NCBI GenBank assembly: GCA_039680575.1 | Contig: JBDKSP010000005.1 | Location: forward strand, 1 to 16,280 | Direction of reading: 5' to 3' | DNA length: 16,280 nucleotides | Origin: Armatimonadota bacterium | GTDB lineage: Bacteria > Armatimonadota > UBA5829 > DTLH01 | In this document: one piece after another, positions 1 to 8,241 of the stretch | Layout of the letters: each line of letters starts with the position of its first letter | Position numbering within the stretch: position 1 is the stretch's first letter | Made by a program: the position numbers and the translations under genes | Notes under the pieces: model-generated | Databases searched by the model: none | What the model saw: only the letters and a program-made list of their open reading frames with translations | Told to the model about the DNA's origin: nothing

Positions 1-68
1 AAATCACCGCATTCCGCCATCTTTACTGCTTCGGTTTTGAACTCATTGCTATACTGTTTTCGTTTCAA
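1..68 (-). CDS. IS3-family transposase OrfA, N-terminal part (partial)
   Basis: TTG at 68, preceded by GGAGG, translates to MKRKQYSNEFKTEAVKMAECGD..., the typical HTH_Tnp_1 start (R.YS.EFK.EAV). Not in the ORF track. Confidence 0.85.
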   Translation of the reverse strand, partial: MKRKQYSNEFKTEAVKMAECGD

Positions 69-127
69 CTGACACCTCCACTAGATTATACTGCTAACTT
101 GGTGTCCGTTTAACAAAGTACAGTCCA
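1..127 (-). mobile_element. IS3-family insertion sequence, left end (continues beyond the window start)
   Basis: The minus strand from 127 reads TGGACTGTACTTTGTTAAACGGACACC, a TG-initiated IS3-like terminal repeat. It is followed by TATAAT (90-85), SD GGAGG (79-75) and an OrfA-like reading frame. The beta-helix repeat pattern of the host gene breaks exactly here. Confidence 0.85.
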
Positions 128-1056
128 CGATTCCCATTGATAGTATTATTGGTTATTGTGGGGCTCGATGAGACACAGTCAACGCCATAACTATTTCCAT
201 TGATAGTATTGTTGATTATTACAGGGCTTGATGCATAATAGCAGTGAATGCCAAAATCGTTTTTACTAATCATATTGCTTGCTATTGTGGGACTTGATGA
301 TCCGTCACAGAAAACACCATCGTCATTCTCACTTATGGTGTTGTTGGTTATTATAGGTCTTGATGATGCGCCACAGTGAACACCAAAGCCATTCCCACTA
401 ATGGTATTGTTGGATATTTTGGGGCTTGATTCCGTACAGAAGATGCCACAACTATTCCCACTAATGGTATTATTTGTTATTGTGGGATTCGTCGGCGCTA
501 TGCAACCGATGCCTGATCCATTTCCGCATATAGTGTTGTTACTTATTGTAGGCTTTGATACATAGCAACATATGCCCCCACCATTGCCGTTGATGGTATT
601 ATTAGTTATTGTAGGGCTTGATGAGTAGCAATAGATGCCATAATAGCTGCTTCCACTGTTCCTAATGGTAAACCCATCAACACAAGCAATTGCTGATAAT
701 CCACTTGCACTGACAACATTGCCATTTTGGGTTCCATCAATTATGCTCTTGTTGACGCTAAAGTCTCGTTCAGTCCGCTGGCTTTCCGTCCCTGCGAAAC
801 CTCCGTAAAGATAGCAGTTAGCTTTAAGGGTGATATGTTCGCTATATGTTCCGGCTGCGACCCATATCTCTCCCCCGCCGTTGGGGGAAGCTGCATTTAT
901 GCCAGCCTGTATAGTCTTCTTTGCAAGTGTCCAGCTAGAACCGTCACTCGAGTCATTTCCACCCGTACTAACTCTAATTATTGTCTGACCGAAACAACTT
1001 GAGCAAAGAATCACGAGAAAAACCAGTGACCAGATCAAAACTTTATGCTTGCTCAT
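94..1056 (-). pseudogene. Secreted right-handed parallel beta-helix repeat protein (pectin-lyase/NosD-like), truncated by the IS3 insertion at 127
   Basis: Likely start ATG 1056 (GGGAG upstream). Signal peptide MSKHKVLIWSLVFLVILCSSCFG, then DGSSW..AKKTIQAGI, IWVAAGTY and LYGGFAGTE motifs, then 8 repeats of GIxCxxSSPTIxNNTIxGN. The last ~10 codons and the stop come from IS DNA. Confidence 0.8.
128..642 (-). repeat. Eight degenerate 63-66 bp coding tandem repeats (beta-helix coils)
   Basis: 21-22 aa units such as YGIYCYSSSPTITNNTINGNG and FGIHCYYASSPVIINNTINGNS. GGCTTGAT-like and TATTGTT-like motifs recur on the + strand. Confidence 0.85.
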
Positions 1057-1340
1057 CAATATGCTTCTCCCATGTGTATAGATATGGACGTCCAATGTTG
1101 AAAGGTGTTGCAGTGAAAGAAATGTGGTTCAAACTATTGCAGTATATCATAATATTATGCCTGCATGGTAAATTCGCATCGATGCTGCCGAAAAAAAGTG
1201 GTGGTTAACCTGATTAATTATCCGAAGTATTTAAACTTTACCTTGTAAACAGTTATAATATCATTGATTCTGTTGTCATAACGCCTGCTTGTGAAAATGC
1301 GAGCCAGACTGCTTTTTATGGTATCCGCCGTGGAGAATTG

Positions 1341-2486
1341 ATGAATTATATAGGGTCGAAATTCAGCCTTCTGCCGGAGATCAAACGAATTCTCGATAAC
1401 AACGATATTCCGGCAAACGGCATAGCACTGGACCTTTTCGCCGGCACGGGGGTTGTCGCGCGCTTTCTCAAAGGCCGCGGACACATAGCCTACGCAAATG
1501 ACTGGCAGTATTACTCCTATTTAACCTGTGTCGCGTTCATCGAGCACAATGAACTCCCGGCGTTTGAAACCCTTCTCTCAGATAACTGTTGGAAAAAAGA
1601 GATAAACAGATCCCATCTCCTGCCGGATCTGCCTGTTTCGCCCCCTGGAGAACGCCGAAAGCCAGATCACAACTCTCCTGCAGTCCGTGTGCTGTCTTAC
1701 CTGAGCCGACTGCCGGAGGAACCCGGCGGTTTTTACAATGCCTATTGCGAAGGCGGTAAGAGCGGGAGGATGTATTTCTCAAAAGAGAACGGACTGAGGA
1801 TACAAGCAATCCGTGATAAAATCGAGCTGTGGCACAAAGAACAGTTGATTACACCGGAAGAAAAGGGGTGGCTGGTCGCTTCCCTCATCGAAAGCGCTGA
1901 CCGTGTGGCCAACACCGCGTCAGTGTACGGGGCTTACCTGAAGCATGTGAAACTCTCCGCACGTAAACCGATGCGGCTTCATCTGCTTGACCCCGTACCG
2001 TCTGAGCACGATGCCGAACAGCATCGCGCGTTCTGCATGGACAGTGAGTCGATGCTTTCCGCGCTCGATCAGACCAGAATCAAGCTCGTTTACATCGATC
2101 CTCCGTATAACAGCCGCCAATATAACGCGAATTACCACATACTTGAGACAATAGCCAGATGGGACCTTGCCGCATTCGAGCCGCGCGGGGTGACGGGACT
2201 CCGTAAGTGGGGAGAGAGAAAATCGAAATTCTGCCTGAAAACAAAGGCCGGAGAGGCTTTCAGGCGGCTATTTTCCGCCATGAACTCCGAATATGTGCTG
2301 TTTTCTTACAATAATGAAGGGCTGCTTTCGAGAAACGAGCTTGAGGCACTGTTCGATGAATTCTGCAGCCGGACGAGCTTTCTGGAGATCCCCTACAGGC
2401 GGTTCCGCGCGGACCTGGACGGCGACAACAGGGTCTACAAGGGCGATGACACTGTAGAGTATCTTGTCCTTGGGAAAATGAAATAG
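1341..2486 (+). CDS. N6-adenine DNA methyltransferase, D12 class, M.NlaIII/M.HpyI-like
   Basis: Motifs MNYIGSK, DLFAGTG (SAM binding), ESADRVANTASVYGAYLK, VYIDPPYNSRQY (catalytic) and FSYNNEG. SD GGAG at 1332-1335. Confidence 0.92.
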   Translation: MNYIGSKFSLLPEIKRILDNNDIPANGIALDLFAGTGVVARFLKGRGHIAYANDWQYYSYLTCVAFIEHNELPAFETLLSDNCWKKEINRSHLLPDLPVSPPGERRKPDHNSPAVRVLSYLSRLPEEPGGFYNAYCEGGKSGRMYFSKENGLRIQAIRDKIELWHKEQLITPEEKGWLVASLIESADRVANTASVYGAYLKHVKLSARKPMRLHLLDPVPSEHDAEQHRAFCMDSESMLSALDQTRIKLVYIDPPYNSRQYNANYHILETIARWDLAAFEPRGVTGLRKWGERKSKFCLKTKAGEAFRRLFSAMNSEYVLFSYNNEGLLSRNELEALFDEFCSRTSFLEIPYRRFRADLDGDNRVYKGDDTVEYLVLGKMK

Positions 2487-2518
2487 CCCGTATAAGTCTC
2501 CACCTTCCGCGTCTCTTG

Positions 2519-2679
2519 TAGAGTTTCAGGAGATAAAGTAACAGCCTTACAGTTATATAAACAGTTCTCTTATATAGCTTTATCTGTTGATTTTAACTTA
2601 CACCTGAAACTCTCCCGGAGGATTTTCGGCAACAGATAATATATGACTGGCCGTTAATCAATCAGCCGAAAATCTATAG
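2519..2679 (+). repeat. Double-hairpin repeat element, loop-expanded copy
   Basis: Stem A GAGTTTCAGG (2521-2530)/CCTGAAACTC (2603-2612), spacer TCCCGGAG, stem B GATTTTCGGC (2621-2630)/GCCGAAAATC (2665-2674). 2598-2630 matches 16176-16208 at 31/33. Confidence 0.85.
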
Positions 2680-2769
2680 TTCAGAGTATCCCCCTTTTCC
2701 TCAGCCGTGTTAAGGATAATTCCGGCAGGGTATAATTTACTCGGTGGAGTCACCATGGGAGGGTTAAAA

Positions 2770-3456
2770 ATGACTGATCTGCGCTGGATGAGGATAGTGT
2801 TTATCGCTGCGGTGATAGTCCTGGCGGCGGGTGCAGCCATTGCAAATGGCTCACAGCCGCCGGTCGAGAAAAAGGTAACACTGCAGCTCTCCGATACACC
2901 AATAATAGATGTAATCGACTACATGTTCCAAGGCACCGGATACAAGTATACCATCGAGCCCGGAGTTTCCGGCAGAATATCTGTCGGATTTAAAAATATA
3001 CCACTCGAACAAGCCGTCAAAGCCGTAGCGGATGCATCAGGCCTCGACTATACGAAAGCCCCTGGGCGGTATATTTTCAAGCCTAAGGCAAAAATACCGG
3101 TAGCAGCAGAAACGATGCCTGAAAACCAGTATCAACCGGAAAAACAAACGGCTGCACCACCAGCTGTCGGTGGCTTCTCCGGAACAATCGTTAATGAACA
3201 AACATTAGTTAATGAACAGGTTCCATCTATGCCACCGATATTCGATGTTGGCGGTATAAGGGTGCTGGACTATCCCTACGGTGGTATATACAGTCTGAGC
3301 CCGTATAACTCCTACTACGGAGCCCATGACATATTTGTACCTCCGGGATACGTATCGCCAAGTCGCCAGAGGTTCTACGATTCGATAAGCGCGGCTCACA
3401 GCGTTCCGGGATTCCCGTCTTACAGGTTTGGCAGACCATACTATTATCCCTACTGA
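2770..3456 (+). CDS. Secreted protein with secretin/TonB short N-terminal (STN)-like domain and Tyr/Pro/Gly-rich tail
   Basis: ATG 2770 follows GGGAGGG. Signal peptide ending AAIA, then KVTLQLSDTPIIDVIDYMFQGTGYKYTIEPGVSGRISVGFKNIPLEQAVKAV (STN-like). No secretin barrel follows. Confidence 0.75.
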   Translation: MTDLRWMRIVFIAAVIVLAAGAAIANGSQPPVEKKVTLQLSDTPIIDVIDYMFQGTGYKYTIEPGVSGRISVGFKNIPLEQAVKAVADASGLDYTKAPGRYIFKPKAKIPVAAETMPENQYQPEKQTAAPPAVGGFSGTIVNEQTLVNEQVPSMPPIFDVGGIRVLDYPYGGIYSLSPYNSYYGAHDIFVPPGYVSPSRQRFYDSISAAHSVPGFPSYRFGRPYYYPY

Positions 3457-3497
3457 GCGCCTATCGGACCGTGAGAAATAGATTGAGACGAGAATCC

Positions 3498-3528
3498 AAA
3501 GGCCCATCGGGTAAAACGATGGGCCTTT
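3498..3528. terminator. Probable bidirectional intrinsic terminator
   Basis: AAAGGCCCATCG-ggtaaaa-CGATGGGCCTTT, a perfect 12-bp stem between convergent genes. Confidence 0.8.
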
Positions 3529-3581
3529 ATGTTTCCTGATACATCCCTGATGGGTATTGCCGGTATGTCTATATAAGACTT

Positions 3582-3632
3582 GAGTGAGCCGAGTGAGTCT
3601 GGGTCAGTGAGCCCACCTCGCTTGGCTCACTC
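3582..3632. repeat. Long imperfect hairpin overlapping the GH65 stop codon
   Basis: GAGTGAGCCGAGTGAG (3582-3597) pairs with CTCGCTTGGCTCACTC (3617-3632) with two G-U pairs. Confidence 0.6.
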
Positions 3633-5723
3633 GGGGGCATTCGCCGTCAGGCTCCACTTATCTCCCGGCAAAACCTTCAGATTGTAGCTCTTTCCTCGCC
3701 ACACGATGTTTTTGATCTCAAGGCTCTTCCAGCGCTCAGGCAGGCAGGGCTTGATGTACAGATCGGGAAGCGCCTCTTCGAACCCTCCGGGGTTTTTACC
3801 GATCCTAAGCCCGCCAAAGCCGTATATCACGCTCTGCAGCATCCCGCCGCAGCCCGTTATGAAGCATGTATTTTCCCAGGTTGACGACCGTTTCTCATTG
3901 AACATCAAAAACGGGCCGCGCAGGAACGGTTTGTAGCTCTCGGTGAAGTCTTTGTACGCATCGGCTCTTCTTCCGAGCTGTGCGGAGATGACTGCGTAAA
4001 CGGAAGAACTCATAGCAGGGCCGTTCTTATACAGCTTTCCCTTATAATAATCAAAAGAAGCAGTCCGCACATCGTCCGGCATGTCGATCATCCAGGGGTA
4101 GATCATCAACTCGACATCCGCCTGCTTCGTCGCATCTCCCTTGTATCCGTCGTGCTCGATATAGCGTTTATTGGCCTTGTCGAACGGAATGTACATCTTT
4201 CCGGCTGTTTCCGCCCACTTGGGGTTGGGAGATTTACCGATTATGCCCGCAACATTGGCCGCGATTTGCAGAATGGCCGCTGCCGATGCGTTGGTATAAG
4301 CGCAGTTATCTACGATGTTGGCGTTCTCATCAGGAGGAACGACCTTCAGGATTTCATACTTGCCCTTGGCCGAGTTGTATTTGGCTCTTGATGCCCAATA
4401 GTCCGCGCAGGCCGAAATTACCGGCCAGCCGCGTAATTCAAGCCATTCTTTATCTTGAGTCGCTACATAATACTGCCACTGGGCAAGCGCGACATCGCTC
4501 GTTATGTGCCTTTCCTCTGAGAATGGCTTCGGAGCAGCCTCCGATCCGCTTTCGGCGCTTTCCCAGGCATACTCCGCTCCTGCTAATCTGTCCTTTTTGG
4601 CGTTTTCCAAAGCGGCTTGCCGGGTAACGAATCTGTAACTAACAATAGACCCGGCCAGTTCAGGGTGCTGAAGCAGGAGCGAGGGATACATCCAGACATC
4701 GGCATCCCAGAATATGTGGCCGCCCCAGTAAGCGCTGGACGACAGTCCGAGCGGCTGTATGCTGTCGCCCCAGATCCCGTTATTGACACTCGACAGGAGG
4801 TAAAACATAGAGGAATGAACCGCCTGCTGTGCCTCCGGGTCACCTTCGATCACGATATCTGACTTCCAGAGCTCCCGCCAAGCTTTTTTGCTCGAATCAA
4901 AAAGCTGATCGTAGCGGACATTCTCTACATCAGCCAATAATTCTTCGGCACTTGCAGGCGTACACGACAAATAGCCGGGATGGTTATAGATTGCGATTAA
5001 CTTTGTCAGTGCAAAGCTCTTCTCTTGCTTTACGGAAGTACCGTCAGTTACCGGCTTGTTCGATGCGTCCAAAACTCTTGTGCCGACGCACACAGAATTA
5101 TATGTGGAACTCCTGCCTTCGAATATCTGCGCGCCGTTTCCGGTCTTTTTGCTGGACTTGGTCTTCCAGCCATTGCCCGCATCAAGTGATTCCTTGAGCT
5201 TTACGCTGCCATCGAAACTTGGAGTAAGCTCGTAGCGAACAGCAGCCGCATATACGCCTATATTTCCGCCTTTCGCCCTGTTAACGAAAACCGTCACTTT
5301 TCCCATAAGCCTGCGGCGTCCAGACTTGAGCGTAAGCTCGGTCTCCACGTAACCTTCCCGCATATTGAGCGTCTGGCGGTAAGGAGCCTCTTTATCGAGC
5401 TCGAAGCGCTTTCCATCGGAATCGTACAGCCCGAAATCACTCCAGTTCGGAAGCGGCAGGTATGCTTCTTTCTCGTATAGCCCGGCCATGAGGCATTCCG
5501 CCGGGCGGCCTTCGAGCCTTCCGACGCCTTCCGTCCCGATACGGGTTCCGACAGCGCCGTTTCCCAGATATATTCCAACTTTATTGTTCGGATCGTTCGA
5601 CTGCAGTATCCATGGGTCGTTCTTCTTGATGCTTAGCGGCTCTATGGAACGTTGTTGTATAAGCAAGACAGCAACTGCCGCAACTACAGCAACAAAGAAA
5701 CCGGTTAAAGCAGCTTTTCTCAT
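3627..5723 (-). CDS. Glycoside hydrolase family 65 protein with N-terminal signal or membrane anchor
   Basis: YLGNG..G.R, YRQTLNMREG, W..SDIVIEGDPEAQ, GHIFWDADVWMYP, VVPPDE (catalytic acid region), KQADV and FITGCGGMLQ motifs. Hydrophobic N-terminus. Confidence 0.9.
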   Translation of the reverse strand: MRKAALTGFFVAVVAAVAVLLIQQRSIEPLSIKKNDPWILQSNDPNNKVGIYLGNGAVGTRIGTEGVGRLEGRPAECLMAGLYEKEAYLPLPNWSDFGLYDSDGKRFELDKEAPYRQTLNMREGYVETELTLKSGRRRLMGKVTVFVNRAKGGNIGVYAAAVRYELTPSFDGSVKLKESLDAGNGWKTKSSKKTGNGAQIFEGRSSTYNSVCVGTRVLDASNKPVTDGTSVKQEKSFALTKLIAIYNHPGYLSCTPASAEELLADVENVRYDQLFDSSKKAWRELWKSDIVIEGDPEAQQAVHSSMFYLLSSVNNGIWGDSIQPLGLSSSAYWGGHIFWDADVWMYPSLLLQHPELAGSIVSYRFVTRQAALENAKKDRLAGAEYAWESAESGSEAAPKPFSEERHITSDVALAQWQYYVATQDKEWLELRGWPVISACADYWASRAKYNSAKGKYEILKVVPPDENANIVDNCAYTNASAAAILQIAANVAGIIGKSPNPKWAETAGKMYIPFDKANKRYIEHDGYKGDATKQADVELMIYPWMIDMPDDVRTASFDYYKGKLYKNGPAMSSSVYAVISAQLGRRADAYKDFTESYKPFLRGPFLMFNEKRSSTWENTCFITGCGGMLQSVIYGFGGLRIGKNPGGFEEALPDLYIKPCLPERWKSLEIKNIVWRGKSYNLKVLPGDKWSLTANAPE

Positions 5724-6469
5724 TTCTTCCTCGCGACAAAGAATACTCTGTCCGACCTGCGGGCCGGCTGCTTGAATTTATACGCATGATAACGGGCAAT
5801 CGTTTCAAACCCCGCCGCTGCGAGCATGGCATCGAGTTCATCGAGCTTGTATGCTTTTTGCTTGTGAACTTCCGTAAACTGGCGTGGCTTGCCGTTTTCC
5901 AGCACTTCGAACACCATAGTCACAGAGCATATTCTGGCCGTGCGGTCGTAACTGCTATTCCAAACATATCTTGGATAAGACTCCAAGTTGGTCTGGTTGA
6001 AGAACCCGTGTGCGAGCGCGTATTCCGTGTTGACATCGAAAATGAAGTAACCGCCGGGGACTACGTGCTCCCCCACCCGCTTCATCGCCTGAGCCAGCCT
6101 GGACTCATCTGTTATATAGTTCAGGCTGTCGAAAAGGCTTATTGCAAGGTCGAATTTTCGTCCGAGCGAGAGTTCCGCCGCGTCGCTTACGTGATACTCA
6201 ATGTTCGTCTCTGATGCATTGGTCTTTTTTCTTGCGACCTCGATCATACCGGGAGCGATGTCCGCGCCGGTGACCTCATAGCCGCGTTCCACCAGAAGCT
6301 CGGCCACTGTCCCCGTCCCGCAGGCAATATCAAGCACTGTACGAGGATGGTAGTTCAGCTTCTTGAGTATATTCTCGATGTAGTCCACCCACAACCGATA
6401 CGGCACATTAGCCATAAGGTCATCGTAGTGTTCCGCTATGTCTATGAATTGCTTTTTATCGGAGTCCAT
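5720..6469 (-). CDS. Class I SAM-dependent methyltransferase (YqeM-like)
   Basis: VLDIACGTG, GADIAPGMI, FDSLNY and PGGYFIFDVNT motifs. The stop overlaps the GH65 start (ATGA). Confidence 0.9.
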   Translation of the reverse strand: MDSDKKQFIDIAEHYDDLMANVPYRLWVDYIENILKKLNYHPRTVLDIACGTGTVAELLVERGYEVTGADIAPGMIEVARKKTNASETNIEYHVSDAAELSLGRKFDLAISLFDSLNYITDESRLAQAMKRVGEHVVPGGYFIFDVNTEYALAHGFFNQTNLESYPRYVWNSSYDRTARICSVTMVFEVLENGKPRQFTEVHKQKAYKLDELDAMLAAAGFETIARYHAYKFKQPARRSDRVFFVARKK

Positions 6470-6554
6470 AATTTACCTGTCACGAATTTAATAGTTGGTT
6501 ACTATTATAATGCATATCGCGCTGAGTATCGAGTCAGGGAACAGGGAATAGAAA

Positions 6555-6602
6555 TTTGGAGTGCGGAAGCGCCAGCTTCCGCTTTTCTATTGGCATCCAC
6601 CA
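6555..6602 (+). repeat. REP-like palindrome, TTGGAGTGCGG family, copy 1
   Basis: TTTGGAGTGCGGAAGCgccaGCTTCCGCTTTTCTATTGGCATCCACCA, 46/48 identical to the reverse complement of 11838-11885. Confidence 0.85.
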
Positions 6603-6789
6603 TCCGTCATTTTGAAACGCGAATTACGCGGATTTAACGGATTTCACGAATGGTGGAGATTTACAACATTTACTCTTATTCATATACTTCGGGACCGCAG
6701 TTACCCCGCGGACCTACTGGACCACGGGTAGAAGCACGATTATCCACCTATTAATCCCTTTTCTTCCTTTCGTGCTTTCGTGATAAAAA

Positions 6790-8019
6790 CTAAACGCCTC
6801 TAAGCACAGCGTCCGTCATCTTCGCAACGCGGGACATCTGCTTAACGTCGTGGACCCTCACGATATTGGCGCCGTTTGCGATTGATAGCGCGACGGTTGC
6901 GGCGGTCCCTTCCAGCCGCTCATCAGGCGGAAGCCCACCCAATACCTGGCCGATAGTAGATTTTCGGGAAGTTCCCATAAGGATCGGCCTTCCGAGGCTC
7001 TTGAACTCTGCCAGTCGGCGGATGATCTCCAAATTGTGGTCCACGGTCTTCCCGAACCCTATACCCGGGTCGACGATTATCACCCGCTCGTCTATGCCTG
7101 CCTCCACCGCATCGAAAATACACTGGCGAAGATATTCCGTAACCTCGCCCATCAAGTCTTCGTAAGCCGGAGATCTCTGCATTTCCTTCGGTGTGCCTTT
7201 GGTGTGCATTACGATGACCGGGCACTTATATCGGGCGACAACGGACTTCATATCGGGGTCGAATACCATTCCGCTGATATCGTTTATTATGCTCGCGCCT
7301 GCATCAAGCGCGGCGGCGGCGGCAGCGGCTCTGTAAGTGTCGATCGATATGGGTTTTTCGATCTGTTTTGAGAGCTCCCGGACAACCGGGACTATCCGCG
7401 ATATCTCATCTTCGACCGAAACCGGCTCACTTCCCGGTCTCGTCGACTCCCCTCCGATGTCGATGATGTCCGCGCCGTCTTCTATCATTGAAAGCGCGTG
7501 GTCTACTGCAGCGACATGATCAAAAAACATTCCTCCGTCGGAAAACGAGTCGGGAGTGACATTCAATATCCCCATAACAAGGGTACGATCGGCAAGTTCA
7601 GCAATCATGCGCAGGGATTTGGGGTCTGGGAGGGTGATATCATCCGGTGAAACCGGCTTAGACTCGAATAAAGCTATCGCGGCCTCGATTTCAACATCGA
7701 GTGTAGAACTGCCCATCTCTTCAGAGGCAATCCACTTTGCAGCTTTTCTGAAAGCCATATGTGTGCCGACCAGCATTATGTCAATTCGGTCTGGAGCATT
7801 CTCTTTTTCGATGGCATTTCCTCCATACGAGAGAAACGCCTCCTTAATCAGGCTGGCTTGAGTCCTGTTAACGCCGGATAGCTTGAGGGTATAGTATCGG
7901 ACATTGGACAGGATTCTTTCTCTATCCTGAACAGCAACGCCCATGCGGTCTAGTTCCGCGTTCAGGTCGCGGTCACTGTTTATGCACAGCACCCTGGGTC
8001 TGTGACTTGCACCATGCAT
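6790..8019 (-). CDS. folP: Dihydropteroate synthase with ~140-aa N-terminal extension
   Basis: MGILNVTPDSFSDGG, IDIGGESTRPG, ISIDT, DPGIGFGK, GTSRKS and VRVHDV motifs. Confidence 0.97.
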   Translation of the reverse strand: MHGASHRPRVLCINSDRDLNAELDRMGVAVQDRERILSNVRYYTLKLSGVNRTQASLIKEAFLSYGGNAIEKENAPDRIDIMLVGTHMAFRKAAKWIASEEMGSSTLDVEIEAAIALFESKPVSPDDITLPDPKSLRMIAELADRTLVMGILNVTPDSFSDGGMFFDHVAAVDHALSMIEDGADIIDIGGESTRPGSEPVSVEDEISRIVPVVRELSKQIEKPISIDTYRAAAAAAALDAGASIINDISGMVFDPDMKSVVARYKCPVIVMHTKGTPKEMQRSPAYEDLMGEVTEYLRQCIFDAVEAGIDERVIIVDPGIGFGKTVDHNLEIIRRLAEFKSLGRPILMGTSRKSTIGQVLGGLPPDERLEGTAATVALSIANGANIVRVHDVKQMSRVAKMTDAVLRGV

Positions 8020-8021
8020 AT

Positions 8022-8228
8022 TTACTCCTCTGGAAGACGCTTCTTCAGGTCGTCTACCTCCTTTTGCAGATTGTTTAGCTTGTTTTCGAGTTCCGTCTGC
8101 CGCCGGTTCATGTTACCTCCCGGCATAAGCCCACGGCTACTTACTGACCAAAGCCATGCAATCCCCGCAAGAGATACCAGGACTACACCGGCGACGATTA
8201 TAAGCGTAATAATTACTGCCGTATTCAT
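8022..8228 (-). CDS. Small single-pass membrane protein with C-terminal coiled coil (68 aa)
   Basis: SD AGAGG upstream, hydrophobic helix at about residues 4-28, then QTELENKLNNLQKEVDDLKKRL. The stop is 2 nt before the folP ATG. Confidence 0.75.
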   Translation of the reverse strand: MNTAVIITLIIVAGVVLVSLAGIAWLWSVSSRGLMPGGNMNRRQTELENKLNNLQKEVDDLKKRLPEE

Positions 8229-8241
8229 AATAATACCTCTT

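Noticed and set aside
128..642. Possible DGR template/variable repeat pair or CRISPR
   Set aside because: These are in-frame protein repeats with no near-identical pair differing only at adenines, and there is no reverse transcriptase in the window.
981..1484. ORFs 981-1208 (+) and 1218-1484 (-)
   Set aside because: They overlap real genes on the opposite strand and span an AT-rich divergent promoter region, with no controller-protein or endonuclease motifs.
1616..1681. Imperfect hairpin (GATCTG...CAGATC) flanked by TCTCCTGC direct repeats inside the DNA methyltransferase
   Set aside because: The 58-nt spacing is not a multiple of 3 and the pairing is weak, so an inserted element cannot be supported.
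1948..1958. TGAAACTCTCC match to the double-hairpin element
   Set aside because: A short match inside a conserved coding region with no partner arm, consistent with chance.
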